Shown here: in pieces, positions 8,874 through 19,404 of the stretch
Layout: each line of letters opens with the position of its first letter
Numbering within the stretch: position 1 is the stretch's first letter
NCBI GenBank assembly: GCA_963804165.1
Contig: CAWDPO010000019.1
Coordinates: 1-64,000 of the forward strand
Direction of reading: 5' to 3'
DNA from: an uncultured delta proteobacterium
Lineage (GTDB): Bacteria > Desulfobacterota > Binatia > UBA9968
DNA length: 64,000 bases
The notes under the pieces: model-generated
What the model saw: the letters and a program-made list of their open reading frames with translations, nothing else
What the model was told of the DNA's origin: nothing
The model's database searches: none
Position numbers and translations under genes: made by a program

Positions 8874-9158
8874 CTCGTTTTGCCTCCAATCGCAACTGCT
8901 GCCCTCACCGCAATACTCGCATAGAGTCAGCGACGAGCAGCATCGCTTGGCGCTCGAATCGGGGATTTTTAATCTCGAGGAGATAAGTTGTCAAACGAAA
9001 ATTCACGCCGGAGCGCAATTTCGGGATGTTATTGCTTGATCGCCCGTCGCATCAGGGATATTTTAACTGACAGATTTCAATAAGCATGGAGTCCGCCGCG
9101 CTATTGAGTAACTGGAAAAATGTGCTAAAGCGTCCATCCCGCTGCATGGAGGCGACGG

Positions 9159-9635
9159 TTGAATCTTAGGGAGCGCACCTATCTTTGGTATCTCGCGGTT
9201 CTGCGGATCTATGTCGGATACTATATGCTTCATCAAGGGGTTCGAAAGTTTCAACGAGATTTTCCCAAAGGCGATTGGATTGGCCGTCAAATCGGCGATC
9301 TGAGCACGTTGGAGCTTTACCCCTGGTACAAAAAGTTTTTGCTCGACTACGTCGTGCCGCACCAAGAGCTTTTCGGTTATCTCGTCATGGTCGGGGAAAT
9401 TGCCGTAGGAGCGTGTCTATTGCTGGGCTTGCTAACGCGCTGGAGCGCGTTGATCGGTCTTTTCATGATGGTCAACTACTATCTGGGTCCCGGCACTGCG
9501 CGCGGCGGCGCAACTTTGGCGCAACAACAAACTTTCATCGTCGCGCTCGCCATATTTGCGCTGGCCAATCCCGGCCGAACTTTAGGTCTGGACGGCCTCC
9601 TCTTCGGCGGCGGGACAGGAAAGGGGTCGCGATGA
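9159..9635 (+). CDS. DoxX/DoxD-family membrane protein
   Basis: LRIYVG..GEIAVGACLLLGLLTR..GRTLGLD. Confidence 0.85.
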   Translation: MNLRERTYLWYLAVLRIYVGYYMLHQGVRKFQRDFPKGDWIGRQIGDLSTLELYPWYKKFLLDYVVPHQELFGYLVMVGEIAVGACLLLGLLTRWSALIGLFMMVNYYLGPGTARGGATLAQQQTFIVALAIFALANPGRTLGLDGLLFGGGTGKGSR

Positions 9636-10741
9636 AACTTCCAGGATCCGCTACACCTGAAGGCACGGACCGTTATCGGCAACGCTTCGATGGCAAGATC
9701 CCGCGGGAACACTTTCGCAGCATGAACGGCGTATGGATATCGTCGATCGGCATCGGTACTTATTTGGGTAATCATGACGACGCCACCGACCAACAATATC
9801 GCGAAGCCATCGTGCGCGCCGTCCAATCCGGCTGCAACGCGATTGACAGCGCGATTAACTACCGCTGCCAAAGAAGCGAGCGCTCCATCGGTACCGCGTT
9901 AAAGGAACTGGCGACCCAGGGATACGGCCGCGACGAAGTGATCGTCGCGACCAAGGGCGGGTTTCTTCCCTTTGACGGAACGCCGCCGAGTGATACCCGA
10001 AGCTATTTTACTAAGACTTTTATCGATACGGGCTTGGCAGCCGCGCCGGATGTCGTCGGCGGTTACCATTGCATGACACCGCGCTATTTATCGAATCAGC
10101 TCGATTGCAGTCTTCGGAATCTTGATCTCGAGTGCATTGATATCTACTACCTGCACAATCCCGAAAGTCAGCTGGCAAAAGTCGCGCGCGAAGAATTCGA
10201 CGTCCGGCTCTTAAGGGCATTCGAAGCGTTGGAGCAAGCAGTGGCCGGCGGCAAAGTCCGTCTCTACGGCACCGCGACATGGAATGCCTATCGCAATCCC
10301 GTCGACGCCAAAGACTATCTCTCCCTGGCGCAAGTCGTCGCCTTGGCGGAACAAGCGGGCGGCAAAAATCATCATTTCAAAGTCATTCAGCTGCCGCTCA
10401 ATCTCGGCATGAGTGAAGCGTTATCGAGCACCAATCAAAAAGTCGGCGGTAAAGAGTCAACGCTGCTCGAAGCCGCCCAAGCCCTCGGCGTCACTGTCAT
10501 GTCCAGCGCTTCCGTGCTCCAAGGACAGTTGACCCGCAATCTTCCGGAGTTAATTCGCGACACTTTTGAAGGACTGGAGACCGACGGTCAACGCGCGCTT
10601 CAGTTTGTGCGCTCGACACCCGGAGTGACCACGGCTCTGGTGGGCATGAAGCAAGTCGCTCACGTTGACGAAAATCTCCAAACCGCGCGCGTCGCTCCCG
10701 CGTCTTGGGAGCAATACTCGAAGTTGTTCCAGGCGAGCTAG
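9632..10741 (+). CDS. Aldo/keto reductase
   Basis: SSIGIGTY, DSAINY, ATKGG, IDIYYLHNPE; start overlaps the doxX stop (ATGA). Confidence 0.9.
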   Translation: MKLPGSATPEGTDRYRQRFDGKIPREHFRSMNGVWISSIGIGTYLGNHDDATDQQYREAIVRAVQSGCNAIDSAINYRCQRSERSIGTALKELATQGYGRDEVIVATKGGFLPFDGTPPSDTRSYFTKTFIDTGLAAAPDVVGGYHCMTPRYLSNQLDCSLRNLDLECIDIYYLHNPESQLAKVAREEFDVRLLRAFEALEQAVAGGKVRLYGTATWNAYRNPVDAKDYLSLAQVVALAEQAGGKNHHFKVIQLPLNLGMSEALSSTNQKVGGKESTLLEAAQALGVTVMSSASVLQGQLTRNLPELIRDTFEGLETDGQRALQFVRSTPGVTTALVGMKQVAHVDENLQTARVAPASWEQYSKLFQAS

Positions 10742-10842
10742 CGGCGACTGTCTGGTCGTGATCTCGCGACGGGCGAGGTTCCCCTCGCCTGCGAATACGG
10801 GAGAGCCCTACGGTGAGGACGAACAAAGCGAACGGCTGGAAG

Positions 10843-11787
10843 TCAATTCCCTGTCAAATAATCCAAGCCGCCGAATAATTTTTCGAGCTTGTCGAGAGTC
10901 GCTTTCGCCAGCGGCGGTTTTAGAATCGCGCTGACGTTTTCTCTTAAGTGAGTCGGATTGCCGGTACCGGTGAGCACGACGTCGACGCCTCGTTCATGCC
11001 GGCAAAAGCGATAGGCCGCTTCCGGCAGCGACGTCGCGTCCGACTCTTGCAGCAAAAACCCCATCGGCTCGTTCGTGTCCAATAAATTTCTAGCGATCGC
11101 GCCTTTTTGAACCAGTTCGGCGCATATCTCTTTCAATCGCCCAGGCTGGCTCAGCGCGCGCCGCACGGCGAACATATCGAGCACGCCGACGCCTTGCTTT
11201 TGAGTCAGAGGCCATACCGTTTTACGCGCGGAAGGATTCAGCAGATTGAAACCGACCATCACGACGTCCCAGAGGTTTTCTTTCAAACTCTCTTGAAGCA
11301 TCGTGTGCGCTGCGTCGGTCACAAAGCCTTCGGTTACTCCGATGAAGCGAATTTTTCCTTGCTCCTTCAGACGGCGCATCGCCGGCATCAACCGGTTCTT
11401 GGCAAACTCGTAATCTTTGGGCTCCACGCCGTGCAGATGATAGACGTCGATATAGTCCGTATTGAGCAGCTTGAGACTCTCTTCCAGGCCTTTGATCACT
11501 TCAAATTCGGGGTTTGCGTGATCGACGGGCGGCAGAGTCTTCTTCGTCGAAATCACCACCTGTTCTCTGGGTAATCCCGCAATCGCTTTGCCGACGATCG
11601 CCTCTGTCCCGTAGTTTTGCGCGGTATCGAGAAAGTTGACGCCGAGATCGAGCGCTTGCTTGACCATCCCAATCGCATGGTTCGCCGATAGTGGATCATT
11701 GCGCATGCCGAGCCGGCTGGGCCCGCCGCAGCCGAGGCCTGCCACGCTGACTTTTAATCCAGTTTTTCCGAGGGTCGTGTATTCCAT
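10843..11787 (-). CDS. Aldo/keto reductase
   Basis: LGKTGLKVSVAGLGC, DTAQNYGTE, DYIDVYHLH. Confidence 0.9.
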   Translation of the reverse strand: MEYTTLGKTGLKVSVAGLGCGGPSRLGMRNDPLSANHAIGMVKQALDLGVNFLDTAQNYGTEAIVGKAIAGLPREQVVISTKKTLPPVDHANPEFEVIKGLEESLKLLNTDYIDVYHLHGVEPKDYEFAKNRLMPAMRRLKEQGKIRFIGVTEGFVTDAAHTMLQESLKENLWDVVMVGFNLLNPSARKTVWPLTQKQGVGVLDMFAVRRALSQPGRLKEICAELVQKGAIARNLLDTNEPMGFLLQESDATSLPEAAYRFCRHERGVDVVLTGTGNPTHLRENVSAILKPPLAKATLDKLEKLFGGLDYLTGN

Positions 11788-11904
11788 GGTCTTCAAGATC
11801 GTTTCAATGGTTCAAATCGTTTCAGAGTTCCAATCGTATCAGAATACTCCGAGAACGTCTTGAACCATTTGAACGATTGGAACCTGTGGAACCGCTCCCG
11901 ATTT

Positions 11905-12360
11905 TTATTCCCATTCCACCCGCACGCCGAGCACTTCCCCTGTTGCCCGCACTTCTCCGCCCGCGCTCAAAGTGCAACTGACCCAAGCTTTTCGTCCTTC
12001 CACCTTGTCGATGCGCGCACGTAGCTCGATCGTTTCATGAAGCGGCGTCGGCTTGATATAGGACACATTCAAGTTCGCGGTCACGTAGCCGATGCGCGGC
12101 GGGCTGCCGATGGGGCGCTGCTCCGCGCGATACGCGTGGGCAATCGCCAGATTAAGACTGTGACAATCGATCAGCGACGCGATAATCCCGCCGTTTAGAT
12201 TTTCCTTCGTGCCGCCGCAGTGGTGCGGCTCGGCCTGCCACTTCGCTACCGCCTCGTCGCCATGCCAGTAGCTTTTGAGCCTCAGTCCTTTTTCGTTCGC
12301 TGCGCCGCAGCCGTGGCAATGATGAACCGAGCCTTGATCCTGAATGGCGAGCTCGCTCAT
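11905..12360 (-). CDS. PaaI-family hotdog thioesterase
   Basis: CHGCGAANEKGL, NGGIIASLIDCH, VTANLNVSYIKPTP. Confidence 0.85.
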   Translation of the reverse strand: MSELAIQDQGSVHHCHGCGAANEKGLRLKSYWHGDEAVAKWQAEPHHCGGTKENLNGGIIASLIDCHSLNLAIAHAYRAEQRPIGSPPRIGYVTANLNVSYIKPTPLHETIELRARIDKVEGRKAWVSCTLSAGGEVRATGEVLGVRVEWE

Positions 12361-12369
12361 GCGCGAAAG

Positions 12370-12765
12370 TTATTTGTCCTTGTCGAATTTCAACGATGCC
12401 GAGTTGATACAATAGCGCAGGTTCGTCGGCTTCGGACCGTCGTCGAACACATGTCCCAAGTGGGCGCCGCATTTGCCACACATCACTTCGGTCCGACGCA
12501 TCAAAAAGCTGTTGTCCACTTCGGTCTCGACGTTTTCTTGCGAAACCGGCGCCCAAAAGCTCGGCCAGCCGGTGCCGGAATCGAACTTGGTGTCTGCGGC
12601 AAACAGCTCATTGCCGCAGCAGACGCAGCGGTACATGCCTTTCTCGTGGTTATCCCAGTATTTGCCGGTGAACGCACGCTCCGTGCCTTTCTGTCGGCAG
12701 ACATTGTACTGTTCGTCGGTCAGTTCCTTTTTCCATTCTTCATCGTTTTTTTTGATTTTTTCCAT
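12370..12765 (-). CDS. msrB: Peptide-methionine (R)-S-oxide reductase
   Basis: [35 protein letters not shown]. Confidence 0.97.
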   Translation of the reverse strand: MEKIKKNDEEWKKELTDEQYNVCRQKGTERAFTGKYWDNHEKGMYRCVCCGNELFAADTKFDSGTGWPSFWAPVSQENVETEVDNSFLMRRTEVMCGKCGAHLGHVFDDGPKPTNLRYCINSASLKFDKDK

Positions 12766-12801
12766 CGCTTCCTCTCCGGTCAATGACTACGCAGGCAAAA
12801 A

Positions 12802-13293
12802 TCACTGCTGCATATTGATGAACTGCAGCGGGATCGGCATCTGGCCGGCGCGCAGCATTTGGATCACTTCCTGTAGATCATCGATCTTCTTTCCCGTGAC
12901 GCGTACTTGGTTTTCCTGGATCGCCGCCTGCACTTTGAGCTTTTTGTCCTTGATCATTTTAACAATATTGCGCGCGGTGTCGGAGTCGACCCCTTCCTTA
13001 ATCACAATCTCGCGCTGAATCATGCCATGCGCCGCCGCCTCACTCGGCTTGAGTTCCAGGCATTTCCGGTCCACTTTCCGTTTCACCAGGTTTTCGATTA
13101 ATGTATCCTGCACGGCGCGCAGCTTCATATCGTCTTCGGTGGTCACGCTGATCTTCTTATCCTTCTTGTCGATGGTGATCTCGGTCTTCGAATTGCGGAA
13201 ATCGTAGCGCGACAAAATCGCCTTCTTGGTGATATTGACCGCGTTGTCAACTTCTTGCAGATTGACCCGGCTGACAATATCGAAAGACGGCAT
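12802..13293 (-). CDS. yajQ: YajQ-family nucleotide-binding protein
   Basis: MPSFDIVS..RYDF..VRVTGKKIDDLQ. Confidence 0.95.
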   Translation of the reverse strand: MPSFDIVSRVNLQEVDNAVNITKKAILSRYDFRNSKTEITIDKKDKKISVTTEDDMKLRAVQDTLIENLVKRKVDRKCLELKPSEAAAHGMIQREIVIKEGVDSDTARNIVKMIKDKKLKVQAAIQENQVRVTGKKIDDLQEVIQMLRAGQMPIPLQFINMQQ

Positions 13294-13311
13294 GGTTCAA
13301 GAGTTTCCCGT

Positions 13312-13839
13312 TTAGACGTTTGCTTTGGCGATTTGGATGCGTTTGTTTTTGCCGCCTGATTTCCCCGACACGGCCGGCAACTTCAGGGGTCCACGCTTCC
13401 GCTTGGCGCCGCCCTGCAGCACATAGTCGAGAATATCGCTCCGGGTGACGATACCGACGAGTTTTTGGTTTTTGATCACCGGCAACGCACCGATACGGTG
13501 GCGTCGCAATAACCCGACGGCGGTCGCCAGAGCGGTTTCCGGTCGCACGATGAAGACATCGTGAGTCATGACCTCTTCCACCGTGATTTTTTCGGCAAAG
13601 CGGTCGATCTCTTCGGTCCGGTTAATCATCATACTGGTCGGATACGCGTCGCGAATGTCGCGGTCAGTGACGATTCCAACCAGGTTATTCTTGTCGAGCA
13701 CCGGCAATTGATTCACGCGGTGCTTTGCCATCAGTTGCCGGGCGATTGCGATGCTATCGAAGGTCTCAACCGCGAGCACCGTTTCAGTCATCCAATCGGC
13801 AACTCGAATAGTCTTAATATTGTTCTTTTTGGCCGCCAT
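13312..13839 (-). CDS. CBS-domain protein (AcuB-like)
   Basis: Two CBS repeats (LVGIVTDRD, LVGIVTRSD). Confidence 0.9.
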   Translation of the reverse strand: MAAKKNNIKTIRVADWMTETVLAVETFDSIAIARQLMAKHRVNQLPVLDKNNLVGIVTDRDIRDAYPTSMMINRTEEIDRFAEKITVEEVMTHDVFIVRPETALATAVGLLRRHRIGALPVIKNQKLVGIVTRSDILDYVLQGGAKRKRGPLKLPAVSGKSGGKNKRIQIAKANV

Positions 13840-14774
13840 TACTTTTGCTCCACGCTATAGCCTTTCGCCCTTAACATCTCAACAACGCCATCTTTCCCGA
13901 CCAAATGCGCTGCCCCGACCGCCACCATCGCGCCGCTTGACTGTTGAATCAATTTCTCGATCTCCGGCAGCCAACGCCGATTGCGATCGACGATGATCTT
14001 TTGATGAAGATCAGGGTACTCCATCATGCCTGCCAGGAGAAGTTTTGCCAACAGATCGCCGTCCCCTTTGAGCCACGATTGCACGATCTCGTTGATGTTC
14101 TTATCCAACAATTCCAACTCAGTCACGGTCTCACGCAGCATTGACTCTTGGTCTTTTTTTGACAATTGGTCCAATAAACCGATCTGGAATTCCAAGGTCT
14201 CTAAACCGCTGGTTGGTTTGCCGCTACGCTTGGCCTCATTCGCCAAGTAGCGGTCGACTCCGAGATTGGAATCTAAGCCGATGGCTTGCAGTTTGATCGC
14301 GACCAGCGTCAACGCCGCGAACCAGGGCTTCATGGGGTTTAGGATTCTTATGTCGATGCCCTGTTCGGCCGCGCGCTTGGCTGCCAGCTGGTAAGTCTCC
14401 TCGCTGACATTTCGCACCAAGCTCGTACCGTCCCGATAAACCGCTCTTTCCATCGTGACACGCTGGGCCGTCTCCGCTGTCGTGCTGTCGAGATTGATTT
14501 CCAGCACCAGCCTTTTACTCGCGTCGAATGCGCCAAGGATCGCCTTGTTAAGAGGATAATTTTCCTTGCGCAGATAATGAATCGATCCCAACAGAAAAAT
14601 GCTGTTCTTGTCGTTGCTCACTTTCCACAGGAGACTTTTCTCCTGGGCGTGGAGCATCTCGGCACAACCAAACCAGACGAGCGCAAGCACCAAAGTAAAA
14701 AACAGACGCGTGGCGCGGCTTGGAATAGTATGGGCGCTCGGATGCTTGGAAGTCTTCGTATTTACATCATACAT
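13839..14774 (-). CDS. TraB/GumN-family protein
   Basis: LLWKV..LLGSIH, GLET, RNRRW, VAVGAAHLVG. Confidence 0.9.
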   Translation of the reverse strand: MYDVNTKTSKHPSAHTIPSRATRLFFTLVLALVWFGCAEMLHAQEKSLLWKVSNDKNSIFLLGSIHYLRKENYPLNKAILGAFDASKRLVLEINLDSTTAETAQRVTMERAVYRDGTSLVRNVSEETYQLAAKRAAEQGIDIRILNPMKPWFAALTLVAIKLQAIGLDSNLGVDRYLANEAKRSGKPTSGLETLEFQIGLLDQLSKKDQESMLRETVTELELLDKNINEIVQSWLKGDGDLLAKLLLAGMMEYPDLHQKIIVDRNRRWLPEIEKLIQQSSGAMVAVGAAHLVGKDGVVEMLRAKGYSVEQK

Positions 14775-14971
14775 TGTGTAAATCAGAGCGTATTATTGCC
14801 CCGGCCGCGGCAGGCGTAACCAGCAAAATTTTATTCTCTCCTAAGCGGGTTGGCCAGAGCTATGACGAAAATCGCCGAATGCGCACGCCGCAAAGGCTCT
14901 GGGCAGCGCGCGCTGCCCGGCATATCGTGGAAGCGGGAGCGCGAGTTCGTCGCTGACAAAGAAACAGAGAT

Positions 14972-15295
14972 TTACCACTCCAGTCGAATGCAGATCTCTT
15001 CGCCTCGTTCCTCGGCGGGTAAAACCGTCAGCGGCGCCGCGCCCTTGGGCAATGTGCATTCGCCGGACTTGAGATCGTAGCAATAACTGTGGTTGTTGCA
15101 GCGAATCGTCGTGCCGTCGAGCAGCTGGCCGGCGCTTTTCAGATCGGCTTCTTCGTGCGGACAGTGCCTGGAAAAGGCGAAATATTTTCCCTCGACGAAC
15201 GCCAAGAGCACCTGGCGCCCGCCGAGGTCGATCTCCTTCATTGCGCCCGGTGTTAATTCACCCGCTCGGGCAACGGGGATATAGCTTACTCCCAT
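14972..15295 (-). CDS. Rieske [2Fe-2S] ferredoxin
   Basis: CPH...CNNH ligand motifs. Confidence 0.85.
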   Translation of the reverse strand: MGVSYIPVARAGELTPGAMKEIDLGGRQVLLAFVEGKYFAFSRHCPHEEADLKSAGQLLDGTTIRCNNHSYCYDLKSGECTLPKGAAPLTVLPAEERGEEICIRLEW

Positions 15296-15298
15296 GGG

Positions 15299-16996
15299 TT
15301 ACGCCGCGGCCTTGTGTTCGCGATAAAGCGCGCCGCGAATCACGTGGCCCGGCAAATCGCCCGTCATGTGGCCGTCTTCGTTAATCACGCGGCCGTTCAC
15401 GATCGTATAGAGCATACCGGTCGAACGCTGAATCAGCCGTTTGCTGTTAGCCGGATAATCGTTGGCCCATTCGGGTTCGTGAGCGGCAACCGTCTTCGGA
15501 TCGAAGATCGCAAAGTCAGCGGCGTAACCAGGCCGCAGCAAGCCGCGATTTTCCAGGCCAAAAATCGAGGCAACATGAAATGTCAGCTTGTGAATCGCCT
15601 GTTCGAGGCTCATGACTTGCCGTTCGCGCACCCAGAGCCCGAGAAGAATTGTGCCGTAACCGAAGTCGGCGCCGAACTGCACGTGCGCCCCGGCGTCCGA
15701 AGTACCGACCAGAACATAGGGGCTACGGAGAATTTCACCCATCGCCTCCCAGTCGCCGCCGTTGTTGGCGTTCCAGAAAATGGTTCCGAGATCTTCTTCC
15801 AAAGACAGATCCAGAAGCGCATCCAACGGATCTTGATTGCGCATGGCGGCCAATTCCGCGATGTTTTTGCCGACATATTTCTGATTCTCGGGATTCATCA
15901 CTTTTTCCACTCGCGGAATATCCCAGCGCTTATGAAAATTCGTCGGGCGCGGGTCGGCGAAATCGGCGCGCATTTTGCGCCGCGTATCCGGGTCGGCGAA
16001 AGCCTGCTTACGCACTTCCACCGGTAAAAACATCAAATTCTTCCAGGTTGGAAACTCATCGAAGACCTGACAGTCCTTTAAAGTAAAATGGCGCACCAGC
16101 GGCACCGTGTGCGACAACCCGTATGCCTGATAGCCCGCTTTGAAAATCGGCTCTACTGCATTGAGCTGTTCGCGCCAAAGATTGGGCTCCGCCCATCGGT
16201 GTTGCAGGCTTTGCCATAGAACCGGTCGCTGCGTGCGTTTGGCGAGCTCGTGGTAAAACTCGAAATGTTCGATCTTGTTGCGCCCGAGAATCGTTTCGAT
16301 CACGCCCGCGTTGCGTTCTGCGAGCACGTCGCACAAGGCAAACAATTCTTCGTCGTCGGCCAAGCGGCTTGCCACCGGCTTGCCGTCCTCGCGCATATGG
16401 CGTTCGTTGCGATTGGTCGACATTCCCAACGCGCCCCCCTCCATCGCGTCGAGGATCAAGCCGCGCATTTTTTGCACTTCCGCACCGGTCGCTTTGCGCT
16501 CCACGGCTTCTTCGCCCATGACGTTGTGGCGCACGGCGATATGGCCAACCAGTCCACCGACGTTGATGCCGACTTTGCCTTCGAAATTATCGAGGTACTC
16601 GCCGTAGCTATGCCAATTCCATTTTACGCCCTGTTCCAAAGCATGGCGCGGTATCGCTTCGACACGGACAAAGCTTTTTACGATCGCATCCTCGTCGCCT
16701 TTCTTTATCGGCGCTAGGGTGAGACCGCAGTTGCCCATGACCACGGTCGTCACGCCATGCTGCGGCTCGCACGTGCCGTAAGGGTCCCAAAGCATTTGCG
16801 CGTCCAGATGCGTGTGGTGATCGATAAAACCCGGTGATACGGCCAAGCCCGCCGCATCGATCGTCCGTGCCGCTCCGTCCTTTAAGCGACCGACTTCGGC
16901 AATCTTACCATCCTTGACACCCACGTCGGCGACGTACGACGGCAACCCGGAACCATCGACAACGCGCCCACCGCGAATAATCAGATCGTATGCCAT
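15299..16996 (-). CDS. N-acyl-D-amino-acid deacylase-like amidohydrolase
   Basis: PGFIDHHTHLD, GVTTVVMGNCG, SDAGAH. Confidence 0.9.
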   Translation of the reverse strand: MAYDLIIRGGRVVDGSGLPSYVADVGVKDGKIAEVGRLKDGAARTIDAAGLAVSPGFIDHHTHLDAQMLWDPYGTCEPQHGVTTVVMGNCGLTLAPIKKGDEDAIVKSFVRVEAIPRHALEQGVKWNWHSYGEYLDNFEGKVGINVGGLVGHIAVRHNVMGEEAVERKATGAEVQKMRGLILDAMEGGALGMSTNRNERHMREDGKPVASRLADDEELFALCDVLAERNAGVIETILGRNKIEHFEFYHELAKRTQRPVLWQSLQHRWAEPNLWREQLNAVEPIFKAGYQAYGLSHTVPLVRHFTLKDCQVFDEFPTWKNLMFLPVEVRKQAFADPDTRRKMRADFADPRPTNFHKRWDIPRVEKVMNPENQKYVGKNIAELAAMRNQDPLDALLDLSLEEDLGTIFWNANNGGDWEAMGEILRSPYVLVGTSDAGAHVQFGADFGYGTILLGLWVRERQVMSLEQAIHKLTFHVASIFGLENRGLLRPGYAADFAIFDPKTVAAHEPEWANDYPANSKRLIQRSTGMLYTIVNGRVINEDGHMTGDLPGHVIRGALYREHKAAA

Positions 16997-17160
16997 GAGT
17001 GTTTTCCTCCGTTGCAGTTAAGCGCCTCTTACTTCAATGATTATTGCTCGCACCATACGCAATGACAAGATGGTCGTCAACCGCTCTACCGCCCTCAGCG
17101 ACGAGGCGTTAGCCGTCAATGTCGCCGTTGCCGTCGCCGCATTGCTTCAACAGAGTTGTG

Positions 17161-17189
17161 TTGACTCGCCGCGTCGACCACCTTAGTAT
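17161..17189 (+). promoter_or_regulatory. Putative sigma70 promoter of the UbiD-family gene
   Basis: TTGACT-17 bp-TAGTAT, ~23 bp before the start codon. Confidence 0.55.
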
Positions 17190-17212
17190 GACGATCAAAT
17201 TAGGGGGTAGAA

Positions 17213-18643
17213 ATGGCTGACGTCACCGACATGAGAGGCTACATCGAGCTGCTCGAACAGATGGGCGAATTGCGCCGAATCGAGGGCGCCGACCTAAATA
17301 CAGAAGTCGGGGCGCTGACCGAGCTCGCTGCCGACAAAGAAGGCCCGGCGTTGCTGTTCAGCAACTTCAAAAATTATCCGGCGGGTTTTCGCGTGATCTC
17401 CAACGTCTTTCGCACTTGCAAGCGCACCGGCCCGGCAATGGGCATCGACGCACAGAACGGCATCGACTATCTCTACGCCTGGAGAAAGAAACTCGCGGCC
17501 TACAAGGCCGTGCCCGTGCAACAGGTGGAAGGCGGCCCGGTGATGGAAAACCAGATGGCCGATGACGCGGTCGATCTTTACAAATTTCCTACGCCGAAAT
17601 GGCACGATCTCGACGGCGGGCCGTTTATCGGCACGGGCTGCGGCGTGATCACCAAAGATTTGGACACGGGTAAAATCAACGTCGGCACCTACCGCGTCAT
17701 GGTGCAGGACAAAAATCATGTCTCGGTGAAAATGAACATGGGCAAACATGGCCGTCTCGCCTTCGAGCGCGCCCGCGACGCCGGCAAGCCGCTGCCGATC
17801 GCCATTACTTTAGGCCAAGGTCCCGCGGTTTTCCTCGCGGCGCAAATGCCGCTGCCGCCCGATGTGAACGAATTGGAATTCGCCGGCTACTTGCAGGGTG
17901 CCCCCGTGCCCGTCGCGCGCGGCGCGGTAACCGGTCTGCCGATTCCGGCCAACGCCGAAATCGTGCTCGAGGGCGAGCTGCCGCCGATGAAAGACGAAGA
18001 CATGCCGAAGGAAGGACCGTTCGGCGAATGGCCGGGTTATTTCACCGACGAAAATGTCGGTGAGACGCCGGTGATGACCGTGAAGCGCATCTATTATCGA
18101 AATGATCCAATTCTTCTCGGCGCGCCGCCGCTCAAACCGCCGTCAAGTTATTTGCCGATGCCGCTCGGCGCCGCGACACTCTGGGAGCAGTTGGAGAAAG
18201 CCGGTATCCCGGAAGTGAAAGGGGTCTGGGGTTTTGTCTACGGTGGCCAGCCTGGGCCGTTCACCGTGATCTCGATCAAGCAGCGCTACGCCGGCCACTC
18301 CAAGCAAGCCCTGCTGGTCGCCGCGGGCGCACGCGCTGGAGCCTACGGCGGCAAGTTCGTCGTGGTTGTCGACGACGACATCGACATCACCAATCCCGGC
18401 GAAGTGATCTGGGCAATCGCCACGCGTTGCTACGTCCGTGGCGGCATCGACATCATCAAAGATGTCTGGGCATCGGTTTGCGAGCCGGCCATGCCGCCCG
18501 AAGAGCGCTCGCCGCGCGGCTACACTTCCGATCGCGTGTTGATTGACGCCTGTCGGCCGTACAAATGGATGGATCAGTTTCCGGCGGTTAACGCCTTTAG
18601 CAAGGAATACAAAGATCAGATCGCCGGCAAGTTTAAAATCTAG
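17213..18643 (+). CDS. UbiD-family (prFMN) decarboxylase
   Basis: DGGPFI, NVGTYR, EGPFGEWPGY, VVVDDDID. Confidence 0.93.
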   Translation: MADVTDMRGYIELLEQMGELRRIEGADLNTEVGALTELAADKEGPALLFSNFKNYPAGFRVISNVFRTCKRTGPAMGIDAQNGIDYLYAWRKKLAAYKAVPVQQVEGGPVMENQMADDAVDLYKFPTPKWHDLDGGPFIGTGCGVITKDLDTGKINVGTYRVMVQDKNHVSVKMNMGKHGRLAFERARDAGKPLPIAITLGQGPAVFLAAQMPLPPDVNELEFAGYLQGAPVPVARGAVTGLPIPANAEIVLEGELPPMKDEDMPKEGPFGEWPGYFTDENVGETPVMTVKRIYYRNDPILLGAPPLKPPSSYLPMPLGAATLWEQLEKAGIPEVKGVWGFVYGGQPGPFTVISIKQRYAGHSKQALLVAAGARAGAYGGKFVVVVDDDIDITNPGEVIWAIATRCYVRGGIDIIKDVWASVCEPAMPPEERSPRGYTSDRVLIDACRPYKWMDQFPAVNAFSKEYKDQIAGKFKI

Positions 18644-18745
18644 TAGGAATTTTCGATAATTCCCGGCGACTGATATAGTTTTAGCCAAGCCAACGTCAAA
18701 TCTGTATTACGATGGCCTGCAAACGGCCGGAATGGGAGTGGTCCT

Positions 18746-19387
18746 ATGGGTACGATTGAAGCGTTGAGTTTGGCGATGGGCACCGCGTGGACCTCAGGCA
18801 TCAATCTGTATGCCACGGTGGCGGCCTTGGGCATCGCCAATCGGATGGATTTGATACAGCTGCCGCAAAACCTCGAAGTGCTGTCTCATCCCGGCGTCAT
18901 TGCCATCGCCTGCATCATGTACCTGATCGAATTCTTTGCCGACAAAGTACCGTATCTTGATACCGGCTGGGACGCTTTGCACACTTTCATTCGCGTCCCC
19001 GCCGGTGCGATCTTGGCGGCGCGCGCGTTGGGCGACATGAATCCGGCGCTGGAATTAATGGCGCTGCTCGGCGGCGGTTCGATCGCGCTCGTCGCGCACG
19101 GCACCAAAGCGACGGCGCGTTTGGCGATCAACGCGAGCCCGGAGCCGTTTAGCAATTGGGCGGCTAGCGTCACCGAAGATCTCACCGTCTTCGGCAGCGT
19201 CTGGCTCATGTTCAATCATCCGATCGTCATGATGATCTTGGTCCTGGTTTTTCTCGCCCTCGTGGTATGGCTGGTGCCGAAGATCTATAGATTCGCCAAA
19301 CGCGGCTTTCAGGCGCTCCGCGATAAAATGCGCGGAGTGAAGCCCGATCAGCCGACGCCTGACGGATCGTCGCCGCAGCCGACATAA
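18746..19387 (+). CDS. DUF4126-type membrane protein
   Basis: SGINLY, EFFADKVP..D..HTFIR, SPEPFSN..EDL. Confidence 0.85.
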   Translation: MGTIEALSLAMGTAWTSGINLYATVAALGIANRMDLIQLPQNLEVLSHPGVIAIACIMYLIEFFADKVPYLDTGWDALHTFIRVPAGAILAARALGDMNPALELMALLGGGSIALVAHGTKATARLAINASPEPFSNWAASVTEDLTVFGSVWLMFNHPIVMMILVLVFLALVVWLVPKIYRFAKRGFQALRDKMRGVKPDQPTPDGSSPQPT

Positions 19388-19404
19388 TTTTTACGTGGAA
19401 TACC

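Noticed and set aside
9185-9631. N-terminal extension of the 518-aa AKR ORF
   Set aside because: It overlaps doxX out of frame; the real start is the ATG at 9632. The 47667 extension of fdhF is rejected for the same reason.
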